Positions 38,696 through 51,740 of a DNA stretch of 64,000 nt are shown here, piece by piece; position 1 is the first letter of the stretch; the number at the start of each line of letters is the position of its first letter. Made by a program: the position numbers and the translations under genes. The DNA comes from Mobula hypostoma (Eukaryota), in contig NC_086097.1 of NCBI RefSeq assembly GCF_963921235.1, positions 53,260,001-53,324,000 of the forward strand, in the 5' to 3' direction. The notes beneath the pieces were generated by a model. It ran no database searches. It worked only from the letters and a program-made list of their open reading frames with translations, and was not told the origin of the DNA.

Positions 38696-40260
38696 AAGGA
38701 GCAAAGGAAGCTGAAGCATGACATGTTTATTAGCATTACTATATTGAAAAATTCCTAACAGGTGTATTAGAGAATTTGAAGTAGATTTCCTTAAGTGATG
38801 CCTTCCATAACCCAGACTGCCCCTGTCTTTGTAAATGTTGTAAATTTTATTTTTGAACTCAGTAATGTCTGTTCCTTCCTGATTGTATGAATAAAAAAAG
38901 GAGCCACTATGAAGTTTTCTGGGAAAAAAAGTTCCTTTAATTTACGGAAAGCCTTGCTGTAAACTGTATTCTCTACCTCTGACATTTGAGAATGACCTCT
39001 TCTTGCTTGGACCACTTGTTAATTTGCTGCTTTTTAGTTTAGACAATTAAAATAATGATTTATTTTCTCTCCTTTGATTTCCTTAATCTTATGTCAGTTA
39101 TTAAGACCTAGCAGTTAAAAACTGAAACTTAAATTCAAGATTGTTTGTCATTTCCATGTTAGGATGCTCTCCACTGTGAATCTGTAGGAGGATGTGAGTA
39201 TAGATGTACATAGTAATGTGTACAGGTGGCCACTGTTTTCCGAACGTTCGCTTTACGACACCTCGCTGTTACGAAAGACCTACATTAGTTACCTGTTTTC
39301 GCTAACAGAAGGTGTTTTCACTGTTATTAAAAAAGGCAGCGCACGCCCGAACAGCCAAGCTCCTTCCCCGGAACTGCATTCTAGCCGCCATTGCTTAAAC
39401 ACGTGCTTTATCTCAATTTATTTTGTGCATCCGTTAGCAGGATGAGTTCTAAGGTATTGGAAAAGCCTAAAAGTGCTCATAAGGGTGTTACACTTAGCGT
39501 AAAGCTAGACATAATTAAGCGTTTCGATCGTGGTGAACGAAGTAAGACATTGTCCACACGTTGAACTTGCCTATATCCACCATTTGCACTATCAATGCAG
39601 ACAGAAAGAATTCTGAAAGCTGCCGATGTTACTGTTGGCTCTGCTCGTAGCAAAGTGGTCTCTCTTAGTTGGCATCCAATAACAGATAAAATGAAAAGTC
39701 TATTACTTGACTGGATTGATGTGTGTACAAAGCATGGCGTTCCGTTAAGTTTTCTTATACTTAAGGAGAAATCAGTCAGTCTTTTTAATATGCTGAAACA
39801 GAAAGCACTGGACGATGGTGATGAAAGTGTTGCGAAAGTGGAATTTAAAGGTAGTCATGGGTGGTTTGATTGGTTTCTGAGGCGAGGGCAGCTTCATAGT
39901 TTAATGTTTACCGGACAGAGTGCTTCGGCTGATATTGAAGCTGCTGACGAGTTCCAAGCAGAACTGAAGAAAATAATTACAGAAGGGGGTTATTCATATA
40001 AGCAAGTGTTTAACTGTGACAAAACTGCAATTTATTGGAGTCTTCCTGATTCCGGTAAGTGAAACTACACTGTACATACATTATTTCTACTTTATATAGG
40101 CAGTGTATTTTTATGTGTTATTTGGTATGATTTGGCAGCTTCATAGCTTAAAGGTTACTGGAGAGCGTGTTTCTGCCAAGAGCGCTTGCGCCAAGAGTGC
40201 TGCCGTGAGATTTTCGCTGTGCTAGACAGTGCTGTAGAAAAGTATTTCTACTTTATATAG

Positions 40261-40882
40261 GCAAACAACAGGAATTCTGCAGGTGCTGGAAATTCAAGCA
40301 ACACACATCAAAGTTGCTGGTGAACGCAGCAGGCCAGGCAGCATCTCTAGGAAGAGGTACAGTCGACGTTTCAGGCCGAGACCCTTCGTCTCCTCTACTG
40401 TAAAGATGAAGCCACACTCAGGTTGGAGGAACAACACCTTATATTCCATCTGGGTAGCCTCCAACCTGATGGCATGAACATCAACTTCTTTAACTTCCGC
40501 TAATGCCCCACCTCCCCCTCGTACCCTATCTGTTATCGATTTTTATACACACATTCTTTCTCTCACTCTCCTTTTTCTCCCTCTGACTATACCCCTTGCC
40601 CATCCTCTGGGTGCCCCCCGTCTTTCTCCCCGGACCTCCTGTCCCGTGATCCTCTCGTATCCCCTTTGCCAATCACCTGTCCAGCTCTTGGCTCCATCCC
40701 TCCCCCTCCTGTCTTCTCCTATCATTTTGGATCTCCCCCTCCCCCTCCCACTTTGAAATCTCTTACTCACTCTTCCTTCAGTTAGTCCTGACGAAGGGTC
40801 TCGGCCTGAAACGTCGACTGTACCTCTTCCTAGAGATGCTGCCTGGCCTGCTGCGTTCACCAGCAACTTTGATGTGTGTTGC
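40261..40882 (+). mobile_element. PLE insertion with inverted pseudo-LTR structure, nested in Tigger
   Basis: TSD tctactttatataggc (40247-40262 and 40883-40898). 40261-40390 is an inverted 3' end with a truncated hammerhead; 40391-40882 is forward (GIY-YIG end, UTR, hammerhead). Confidence 0.9.
40784..40819 (+). ncRNA. Minimal hammerhead ribozyme, intact
   Basis: AGTC CTGACGA AGGG tctcgg CCT GAAACGTC GACT. Confidence 0.85.
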
Positions 40883-41136
40883 TCTACTTTATATAGGCTG
40901 TGTATTTATCATATCATTCCTGCTTTTACTATATGTTACTGTTTTTTTTAGGTTTTATGTTTTACTTGGCATGATTTTGTAGGTTATTTTTGGGTCTGGG
41001 AACGCTCTAAAATTTTTCCCATATTAATAAATGGTAATTGCTTATTCACTTTCCGACATTCCGGCTTATGAACCGTTTCACAGGAACGCTCAGCCTTTGG
41101 ATAGCGGGGAAACCTGTATTTAATATCTCAGTAATA

Positions 41137-42250
41137 TTTGAGTAATCTGTCTCTGACACCATCACTGACTTCATCATCTTTGGAGAACTTCCATCCACTG
41201 CTATCAACCTCATGGTTCCCTGATCCTGCACCACTTGCTTCTACCTCCTACCCTAGATCCACAAACCTGACTCCATTCTGCCCCCTTGGTTCAGTCCCTT
41301 CCCACCTACATCCGCAACACTTCTCATGCTCTCGACCTCCTCAGTAACTTTCTATTCCCTGACCCTGACCCCTTCATCTTCACCATGGATGTCCAGTCCC
41401 TATACAATTATATCCCCCCCATCAAGGCGGCCTCAAAGCTCTCTGCTTGTTTCTCAATAAAATCAACCAGTTCCCCTGCAGAACCACCCTCCTTTGTCCG
41501 GCAAAAAATGCTCCTCATCCTCAACAATTTTTCCTTTCGGCTTCTTCCACATTCTCCAGACTTGAAGGGTAGCTATGGGCACCAACTATGCCTGCCTCTT
41601 CTTTGACTACGTACAGCAGTCCATTTTCAAAGGTTTCCCCGGTAATGCTCCCCAATGTCCTCAGCTACACTGACACTGCTTCATGCACTTATGCTGAGCT
41701 TATCAATTTCATCAACTTCGCTTCTAACTTCCACCCGCCCTTAAATTTGCTTGATCCATTTCTGACAACTCTCTCTCTTTTCTCAATCTCTCTGTCTCTA
41801 TGTCTGAAGACAAACTGCCTACTGAGATCTTTTATAAACCTGCCGATTCCCACAGTTATCTTGACTATACCTCTTCCCACCCTCTTTCCTGTAAAAATGC
41901 CATTCTCTTTCCTCAGTTCCTTTGCCTCTGCCGCACCTGTTCCCAGGATGGGGCTTTCCTTTCCAGGATATCAAAGATGCCCTCCTCCTTTAAAGAACAT
42001 GGTCTCCCTTCCCCCACTATTGACGCTGCCCTCTGAGATTTTCTTATCCATTTACTCCTCCTCACTAAACTCCCTCCTCGGCATTTGTACCTGCAAGCGG
42101 CCCAAGTGCTACACCAGTCCATTCACCTCCTCCCTCACCTCCATTCAGGGCTCAAAACAGTCCTTCCAGGTGAGACAACACACTACCTGTGAATCTGCTG
42201 GAGTCGTCTGTTGGGTCCAGTGCTCCTCTACACTGGTAAGACCTGATATA
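41137..42250 (+). mobile_element. Older frameshifted PLE RT fragment
   Basis: VQSLPTYIRNTSHAL..FIFTMDVQSLY and EIFYKPADSHSYLDYTSSHP, homologous to 1-1200. Confidence 0.85.
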
Positions 42251-42254
42251 AACT

Positions 42255-43057
42255 GCGTCAAAGGTCAAAGGACATGTCACAGTTGCAGTCCTTTTTAGAA
42301 TTTGTCAATGACTACAACAGGTTCCCTCCAAACCTAGCTACTGTGTTCCACCCCTTGAACTCATTACTACAGATCAGTAAGAAACGACAACGGACAAAGC
42401 AGTGTGAGATGGCTTTCAAAAAGGTAAAAGAAATGGTGGCGTCAGACACCGTATTCACACATTATCCACATCGTCTGGTGAAGCTTGCTATGCACTGCTT
42501 GGGATGCCAACATATCCAGAAGGTGTCCAGAGCTATCAGAATCACTTTCTGCAGTCCCAAAGTCAACTCATACAACCACCAAGGAGGCCCCAGAACCTGA
42601 TATTGTTTCACAGCCGCAAGTCTCTCCTGCCAAGCAGAGTGATCCCCCTTGTCAAGAAAGACATTATCCTACAAGAGTAAGAAATCCCCCACAGCAATTA
42701 AATCCTTAGGCCTGGATGAGGCAGTTTAAAATTTACTATGCTGTGGATGTCTGTATAGAGGTTGTATTATATTGTGCACTGTGTATATTGTTGAGATGCA
42801 TTCCATATTGTTTTTGGCTAAGCAGGGAGGAGTGTTGTGTATTTAATATTTTGGTAATATTGTAAATATATTGTTTGACTAGGCATTCTTTGTTGTTTAC
42901 ATAATACACTGGGTTTTTGTAAAAGTACGTAAATGTCATACGTCATCGTGGCACTACATGATACATGTGCACCTCGCTTAAAAGTAAAAAACAAAATAAA
43001 GACGTTCTCCCGACTCCCTTGTTTTCCTTTCAGTTAGTTTAATGTTTTGGAGCTACA
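42255..43057 (+). mobile_element. Gypsy LTR retrotransposon remnant (pol fragments, PPT, 3' LTR from 42833)
   Basis: QLQSFLEFVNDYNRFPPNLATVFHPLNSLL (RT/RNase H connection) and RHYPTRVRNPP (integrase tail). PPT aagcagggaggag is followed by TGTTGTG. Confidence 0.8.
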
Positions 43058-43059
43058 GT

Positions 43060-43540
43060 ACAGCTCTCTTCAGCCTCCTCAGAAAGTAGAGGCATTGGTG
43101 AGCTTTCCTGATTGTGCCGAGTGTGTTCTGGGACCATGAGAGGTTGTGCTAGAAGCGTACTTGCAGGAGTTTGAAACTGCTTGCAGTTTCCACTGCTGTG
43201 TCGCCGATCCAAGAGGGGTCCTTTGTCCTTTGTCTTGTTGTCTTTGAGGAAAAAGGTTATTTGCCTGGCAGCAGGCCTCCTCCCTGTATCATTGTTAGTG
43301 ATGAGCCCCACCAAAGTTGTGTCATCGGTGAACATGTGTTTACTCAGGCAGTCATGTGTGAGCAGAGCGTACAGAACACAGCACTGGGCGGGACAAACGG
43401 ACCCTTGTTGAGGATGGTGGGGAGGGAGGAGTGGTAGGGCATTCTGACTATCTGAGGTCTGCTGGTTAGTAAGTCCAACACCCAGCTGCACAGTGGTGTA
43501 TTTAGACCGAGGAATAAGAGTTTGTTCACTAAAGTCTGTG
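43060..43540 (-). mobile_element. Rex1/Babar RT fragment
   Basis: LGLNTPLCSWVLDLLTSRPQ and THDC...FTDDTTLVGLI. Confidence 0.8.
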
Positions 43541-43689
43541 GAAAAGTATAATCTGGCATCAACTTGGGCACAAACTCATGATGTCTTCGTATTATGTTTT
43601 TCAGTAGTTTACTATCATCACATAATATAAACATTTAAAAACCATTGTAGCTTACTGAGAAATTACAATTTTCACTTCTGGGGCACCAG

Positions 43690-46666
43690 ACACCGACGAC
43701 CTGAATGGCAGCTCTCATTGAAAACGATGGAAATCATCAAATGTTCTTGTTTTAGCCTGCTACAGCTGAGAACTATCTAAGATGTGTACAGTCAGTGATG
43801 AAGTTTTAATGCCAATGAATATTCTATCACTGCTTATAACTGATGGAAATAGACCGAACTGTGGTCGGCACACCGCCCCTTTAAGAAGCCGCTGGTGAAA
43901 CAGGGGACAACGTACTGGTCTAATGGTGTGTTTTAAACAAAACGAGGCTTTCAACTTTTAAAACCAACTATCATGCTGGCAAATATAGTCTCTGGTAAAT
44001 AAAACTGACGATCTCAGAGCTAGGGTGCTGTATCAGAGGGGCATTAGGACTGTGTGCGTCCTTTTTTTTATTTACAAAATCTCGGTTAACCCCTTCTGTA
44101 CTGGACGTAACGATTCAAATAGACGGGTTCACAATACACTGTCCAGATAGGTTGGCCGACTCTTTCAAAAGCAGAGGTGGAGGTGTATGCCTCATGATCA
44201 AATCCTCAAGGTGTACTAATGTGTCTGTGATGTTCCTACATTGCTCACCAACCTGGAATACCTCACAATCAAGTGCCGGCCATTTTACCTGCCATGGGAG
44301 ATTTCAGTGATCATTTTGGTAGCGATGTACATTCCACCTCAGGCCAGTGTCAAACAGGCTCTATAAGAACTGAGCGATGTAATCAACAGGCACAAAACAG
44401 CACATCCTGATGCATTCCCCGTCATTTTGGGGGATTTTAACCAGGCCAGCTTGATAAAGTCACTGTAGTTATTATTGACAAATCACCTGTAGTACCAGAG
44501 GAAATAACACCACTATCATGCTAAGATAAAGATCCTATTCCACACCCACACTTTGGAAAGTCTGATCACCTGGCTGTACTTCTACTCTCTTGAGTATAGG
44601 CAGAGATTGAAGACTGTAGTACCGGTAGTAAGAAACAAGAAGGCATGGACAAGAGAAGCAAAGGAGCACTTAAAGGACTGCTTTGAATCGGTGGACTGGA
44701 CTGTATCGAGGGATTCATCTTCCAATCTGGATGGGTATGCCACAGTTGTTACCGACTTCATTAAAACCTGTGTGGATGAATGTGTGCCTACGAAAACTTG
44801 CTGGACATTCCCAAACTAAAAGCCAAGGGTAAACCAGGAGGTTTGTCGTCTGCTGAGGGCTAGATCTATGGCATTTAAGTCTGGTGACCCAGGTCTGTAT
44901 AAGAAAACCAGGTATGACTTACGGAGGGCTATTTCAAGAGCGAAGAAACAATTCTCGGAGAGTTTGGAGGTGACATTGGATGCATGTCAACTCTGGCAGG
45001 GTTTGCAAGACATTACTTCCTACAAAGCTAAACCTATCATGAATGGCAGTGGTGCCTCACTCCCAGACAAGCTCAATGCCTTTTATACCCATTTTGAAAG
45101 GGAGAATAAAACCACAGCTATGAGGATCCCTGTGATCTCAGTCTCGGAGGCCAATGTCAGGCTGTCTTTCTGGTAAAGCTCTGGAAACCTGTGCTAATTA
45201 ACTTGCGGAGGTATTCAAGGTCATTTTCAATCTCTCATTACTATGGTCGGAAGTTCCCACCTGCTTCAAAATGGCAACAATTATACCAATGCCCAAGAAG
45301 AGTAGCACGAGCTGCCCTAATGACTGTCATCCAGCAGCACACACATTTACGGTGATGTAGTGCTTTGAGAGGTTGGTCATGGCTAGGATCAACTCCTGTC
45401 TCAGCAGAGACCTGGACCCACTGCAATTTGCCTATCACCATAATAGGTCGGAAGCAGATGCAATCTCAATGGCTCTCCACGCGGCCTTGGGTCACCTAGA
45501 TAATGCAAATACCCATGTCAGGATGCAGTTTATTGACTATGGTTCAGCATTTAGCATAATTATTCCTACAGTCCTGATTGAAGAGCTACAGGACCTGGGC
45601 CTCTGTACCTCCCTCTACAATTGGATCATTAACTTTCTAACCAGATGACCACAATCTATGCATAGTGGAAACAACAGCTCCACCTCACTGGCAATTAATA
45701 CTGGTGCTCCACCGGGGTGCGTCCTTAGCCCACTGCTGTACTCCCTCTACGCCCGCGACTGTGTGGGTAGGCACAGCTCAAATGCCATCTATAAATTTGA
45801 TGATGATACAACCATTGTTGGCAGAAGCTCAGAGGAAAACAAGACTGCATACAGGGGTGAGTATACCAGCTAGTGGAGTGGTATCACAGTGACAACCTGG
45901 CACTCAATGTCAGTAAGACGAAAGAGTTGAATGGGGACTTCAGGAAGGGTAAGGCGACGGAACACAAACCAATCCCTCATAGAGGGACCAGAAGTGGACA
46001 GAGTGAGCAATTTCAAGTTCCTGGGGGTCAATATCTCTGAGGACCTAACCTGGATACAACATATTGATGCAGCTGTAAAGAAGACAAGACAGTGACTATA
46101 TTTCATTCAGGTTTTGAGGAGATTTGGTTGTCAACGAAAACACTCAAACTTCTACAAATGTACCGTGGAGACATTCCGACTGACTACATCACCATCTGGT
46201 ATAGGTTGGGAGGGTGGGAGGCTACTGCACAAGGTCAAAGTAAGTTGCAGAAAGTTGTAAAATTATTCAGCTCCATCATGGGTACTAGCCTCCGTAGCAT
46301 CCATAACATCCTCAAGGAGCAATGACTTAGAAAGACTGTGTCCATCATTAAGAATCCCCAACACCCAGGACATATCCTCTTCTCATTGTTACCATTGGGA
46401 AGGAGTACAGAAGTCTGAAGACACACACTGAGCGATTCAGGAACAGCTTCTTCCCCTCTGCCATCAGAATTCTAAATGGACATTGAACCCATGAACACTA
46501 CTTTTTTTACTTCTGCTTTTATTTCTGCACTACTTAATTTTAGCTTAATTTGTAATTCAGTTTTTTCCTATATATTTATTTATCATGTATTTCATTGCAA
46601 TGCACTGTAAAGTTAATGAATTTTCCAACATGTCAGTGATATTAAACCCAATTTGGGTTCTGATTC
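43690..46666 (+). mobile_element. Near full-length decayed Rex1/Babar LINE
   Basis: Endonuclease remnants (RGGGVC, YIPPQA, GDFNQ, GKSDH) and RT motifs [45 protein letters not shown]. Ends in a (tgattc)-type tail. Confidence 0.9.
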
Positions 46667-47999
46667 ACTTTAAGTCTTGTTATGCTGACCAGTGGGACAT
46701 CCATCCCCTCACTATTCTAGGGAGAAAGATCACAGAATTTATAATGTACAGCTAATATCTTCAAATATAATTTCCCTATATTATACCCATAACAACTTTG
46801 GTGGTTACAAATTACAAGTTTGCAGTTTGTAGGAGTCAATTACAAGGGGAAGATTGCTCAGACAGTTCCTATACACACAAGCCTACTGTAATCAGGCTAA
46901 CTTCCACCCCTCCCCCTTCATTATTAGCAAAGACATTTTAGAAATTAGCCACTTGTTGATATACCCACTTGTTCAGCCAGAGTTCGATTTGACTCCAGAC
47001 CACAATCAGGTTTAAGGCAATTGTGAAGTGTTACCTGGATCACTCAGCAATCAAAGGTCTGCAAAGCCTGCTGTAATTCACTTTCCCCCAAAAAAATTTG
47101 GCAGTCTGAAGAAAAGCCGATCACCACTAAGGTACACAAAATGTGATCTTCACCACACCTCCCCAAGAAAAATCACCACAACCTGAAGAAAATCAAGTCA
47201 AACAACGTTACCAACACAAAAATCTGTAGAAGGCAATAGGTAACTAAAAACTTAGTAAGGCACAGCAATTGAACGAAAGTGCTCAAGATAACTTGCCAAG
47301 CCATTGCAGATTTTCTACAGCAGCTGAATATTTTATTCAATACATAGCACTGCATAATAATCCCATGCTAAACAGCAAATCCAGCACCCTGCATGAAGCA
47401 CTGGCAAGCAACTTCCTGCAGTAACACAAAATTAACAAAAAGCACACAACTAAAATATGGCTTGTGCACGTACTTTGCAATTTAAATTTCTACACAAACT
47501 TTAAACAACAAGAATAAAAATTGTTAATTTCTCCATCAAGGAAATGATGAATATACATATTGCATCTTTAGAGAAATACTTTTTTCTGTTCTTATTTTTC
47601 TGTGAATCTGGAGGCAGTTCTGAACAGTCATAGTTCAGCAAGAGAGGGGAAAAGGAAAATCAGAGTGGAACGCATTATAGCCGGAAACCACTGGGCAAGG
47701 CACAGCTTGCAATTGTGACCAAATTGCTTCCTGTACTCTGGGAAGAATGAAGCTATGCTTAAGCCAAGCAAGAAATCTCAGCAAATTTCCTCGTGTACTA
47801 TATAGCAGAGGGTGAGAGTGGGGGCAATGAGGCAGGTGGATAGCAAACCTCGTAGGTATCCAGTAAAGGCAATTAAGCAGACATAAAAACATGTATATAT
47901 ATAATCTTTGATCACAGAAATTAGTAATTAAAATAGTTAATACCCATATCTTAACCTGTGTAAACCTCTTCCTGAACATCCCTCCAGTTTGTGCTGCGT

Positions 48000-48940
48000 C
48001 AGAGCTGTGTGTCAGACATGGCTATAAGCAGCACTGGGGTCCCACAGGGGACTGTATTGGCTCCCTACCCCGGACTTCAGATACATCACTGAGTCATGTC
48101 ATCTGCAGAAAGTCTCTGATGACACAGCAACAGTTGGGTATCTAAAGGGAGGACAGAAGGATGAATACAGGGCCCTGGTGGAGGACTTTGTTAAATGGTG
48201 CAAGCTGAACCATCTGCAACATCAGTAAGACAAAGGAGATGGCGATGGACTTTAGGAGGACCCAACCTGCACTGCTCCCTGTTACTATTGATGGTGAGGA
48301 TGTGGATGTGCTGAGGAACTACAAGTAGCTGGGGTGCACCTGGATGATAGACTTGAGTGGAGCACCAACACCGACACTGTGTACGAGAAGGACCAGTGTC
48401 ACCTCTACTTTCTGAAGAGACTGAGGTCCTTTGGAGAGTATGCAGGCCTCTCCTTCATATGCTCTACCAGTCTACTGACTCCAGTACAATCTTCAATGCG
48501 GTGGTGTGCAGGGGGAACGACATCAACACGGGTGATGCCAACAGGCTCAATAAACTGATTAGAAAGACTGGCTTTGTTTTAGGAGACAAATTGGACACGC
48601 TGGAGACGGTGGTGGAACAAAGGACCCTCCAGAAAATCCTGGCAATTCTGGACAATGTTTCTCACCCTCTGTATGCCACTTTGGCTGAACAGTGGAGCAC
48701 TTCTAGTAATAGATGAAGACAACTGCTCTGTTCCCAAGAGTGCTATCTGAGGTCATTCTTACCCTCGGCCATAAGGCTCTGTAATGTCAACCTATAGCCA
48801 GGGAAATGATAACCCCCTCTTGTTAGACTGTTTGAGGTAACATTTTTATTCCTTCTTACTTCTCTTCTAATATTTTTATATCTCTGCACTTGTAATGCCA
48901 CTGTGACACTCCTTTGAGATCAATACAGTATCTATCTAAT
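48000..48940 (+). mobile_element. Rex1/Babar-like LINE 3' part (different subfamily)
   Basis: TGVPQGTVL, QKVSDDTATVG, HLDDRLEWSTNT..LYFLKRLRSF and a (tatc)n tail. Confidence 0.82.
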
Positions 48941-49844
48941 ATAATCACAACTGACTGTTCTATTGAGTTGGGACAACTTCAAGGGAGAAATCTACTAGCT
49001 ACAATTCAAGTTATTACAGTCAATGAAATAAAATTTAAAGGGAAACAAAGTCTTATAACCAATTTCAGATGAAAAGGTATCATGATTTTAATGCCTTCAA
49101 TTTCAAATCATTGGATGCAGCTAGTCCGTAAGACCACATGTCCATTAATACAGAACGTTCTCACTCAAGTATATTGGCTTCTCTCAGAGACCTATAGGTA
49201 ACTATCAATGCATCAAAAATATCTTCTCAACAAACTGCTAACTTGACATTGAGTGCTCCTTATAAAGTCTCCAAGAGTAATCTTAAAGAGGGAAAAACAA
49301 ATTACCACAAACAAAACTGAAATCCTTCCTGTGTCCTGGTCAAAGAATGGCATGAAAGGAAAAGGTATCAAGGGGCACTGACATCAGTACTGAGGAAAGA
49401 GGATGTTTTCCATTGGGTTAATTTCAATCAAAAAAATCAGGGAACAGTGTGCTAGTAAACTGAAGCCTAGGTCTGTCAATAAGTTTATGTTAAGTAGTCA
49501 GGTGGGGAGGTGGAGGTGCAGGGAAGAAATGGGATATGTAGAGGATGCCAGTAAAGGCAAACTTAAGAGTTAAAAAGAGAAAAGGCACAAGCTGTTTAGT
49601 GCACAGTAGTGAAATGCATTATGATAACTAGAGTCCGTCAGGATGGCTCGCAGTACACGAACATAATGAGGAACACTTTCAAGTAGAGTCAAAGCAGGGA
49701 AGAAATGGTAAACTAAAGAAACTAACCAATCTTTATCTGAATGCACACAGTTCTGTAGCAAGATAGATGAATCAAATGCAACAAATAGAAATAAGTAGGT
49801 ATAATCTAATAGTCAGAGTGAACCGACAATGGTTAGGTATTAAA

Positions 49845-50222
49845 TAGAGGTGTACAAGGTAATGAGAGGCATTGACCGTCTGGATAGTCAGAGGCTTTTT
49901 CCCAGGGCTGAAATGGCTAGCACAAGAGGACACAGTTTTAAGGTGCTTGGAAGGAGGTACAGAGGAGATGTCAGGGGTAAGTTTTATTATGCAGAGAGTG
50001 GTGAGTGCATGGAATGGGCTGCTGGCAGTGGTGGTGAAGACAGAAACGATAGGGTCTTTTAAGAGACTCCTGGATAGGTACATGGAGCCTAGAAATATAG
50101 AGGGCTATGGGTAAGCCTAGGAGGTTCTAAGGTAAGGGCATGCTTGGCACAGCTTTGTGGGCCGAACGGCCTGTATTGTGCTGTAGGTTTTATACATTTC
50201 TATGTTTCTTCTATGTTTCTAT
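49845..50222 (+). mobile_element. CR1 3' end
   Basis: YKVMRGIDR..RLFP..TRGHSFKV and a (tttctatg)n tail. Confidence 0.88.
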
Positions 50223-50244
50223 TCAAGGATAAGACTTTAACTGA

Positions 50245-50750
50245 ACTTCTCCAATTACCCTGCCTGCAAAGACATACAAACTCTCTTTTTTAAGGTATTC
50301 TGCACCTGGATGTTATTCCACATTAAAAGTGCTACAAACAAATTGCAGTAAAATAGGTTGATGTCAAAATTCATTGCAAAGTAAAACCTATGAACATCTT
50401 TGATAATGCAAAGAATAAACGGTTCCAGGACTGCTGAGCACAGAAACTGCAAAACTTTAAATAATCTTACTTCATTTTGCCTTCATTTGAAAAGATGGAC
50501 AACTTACTGTGGAAAGTATTTCAATCATTTTAAGGAGTGCATTGATCAATTTTCCAAGGGAAAATTGTGATCTCATCAAAGTGAAGGGAAGTTACTCACC
50601 TAGTTACCTGTGTGCCACAAGACAGATTAACACTTAAATTTGGTCAGCAAGATGAGAGGGCCTTGTCAACGCTATGACTCTAGAGGTATAAAGTCATGAG
50701 GGGAGTTACAAAGGTATACAAAATTATGAGAAGTAGATAAGATGGACCCT
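50245..50750 (+). repeat. Diverged direct duplication, copy 1 (partner 53175-53650)
   Basis: Colinear blocks gttgatgt.aaaatt.attgcaaag.aaaacc, aaagaataaac, ctgctgagc.acagaaactgcaaa, tgcattgat.aattt, gccacaagaca. Confidence 0.8.
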
Positions 50751-50788
50751 GCCTCAAAGTAGAAGAAATACCAAGGTCATGAACTAGC

Positions 50789-51740
50789 AATGATCTGGAT
50801 GATAATGTGGTAAATTGGATCAGCAAATTTGCTGATGATACAAAGATTGGAGGTGTAGTAGACAGTGAGGAAGGTTTTCAGAGCCTGCAGAGGGACTTGG
50901 ATCAGCTGGAAAAATGGGCTAAAAAATGGCAGATGGAGTTTAATACAGACAAGAGTGAGCTATTGCACGTTGGAAGGACAAACCAAGGTAGAACATACAG
51001 GGTTAATGGTAAGGCACTGAGGAGTGCAGTCGAACAGAGGGATCTGGGAATACAGATAAAAAATTCCCTAAAAGTGGCGTCACAAGTAGATAGGGTCGTA
51101 AAGAGAGCTTTTGGTACATTGGCCTTTATTAATCAAAGTATTGAGTATAAGAGCTGGAATGTTATTATGAGGTTGTATAAGGCATTGGTGAGGCCGAATC
51201 TGGAGTATTGTGTTCAGTTTTGGTCACCAAATTACAGGAAGGATATAAATAAGGTTGAAAGAGTGCAGAGAAGGTTTACAAGGATGTTGCCAGGACTTGA
51301 GAAACTCAGTTACAGAGAAAGGTTGAATAGGTTAGGACTTTATTCCCTGGAGCGTAGAAGAATGAGGGGAGATTTGATAGAGGTATATAAAATTATGATG
51401 GGTATAGATAGAGTGAATGCAAGCAGGCTTTTTCCACTGAGGCAAGGGGAGAAAAAAACCAGAGGACATGGGTTAAGGGTGAGGGGGGAAAAGTTTAAAG
51501 GGAACATTAGGGGGGGCTTCTTCATACAGAGAGTGGTGGGAGTATGGAATGAGCAGCCAGATGAGGTGGTAAATGCGGGTTCTTTATTAACATTTAAGAA
51601 TAAATTGGACAGATACATGGATGGGAGGTGTATGGAGGGATATGGTCCGTGTGTAGGTCAGTGGGACTAGTCAGAAAATGGTTCGGCACAGCCAAGAAGG
51701 GCCAAAAGGCCTGTTTCTGTGCTGTGGTTTCTATGGTTTC
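50789..51740 (+). mobile_element. Young 5'-truncated CR1 with an uninterrupted 287-codon RT C-terminus
   Basis: ORF 50807-51670: ISKFADDTKIGG...LEYCVQFWSP...RRMRGDLIEVYKI. Ends in a ttctatggtttc tail. Confidence 0.93.

Larger units (their letters stand above)
39223..41116 (+). mobile_element. pogo/Tigger deletion derivative, same family as 8613-9953
   Basis: TA TSD and shared termini. ORF 39595-40062 has a CENP-B HTH (FKGSHGWFDWF) and ends at QVFNCDKTAIYW (first catalytic D). Confidence 0.9.
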
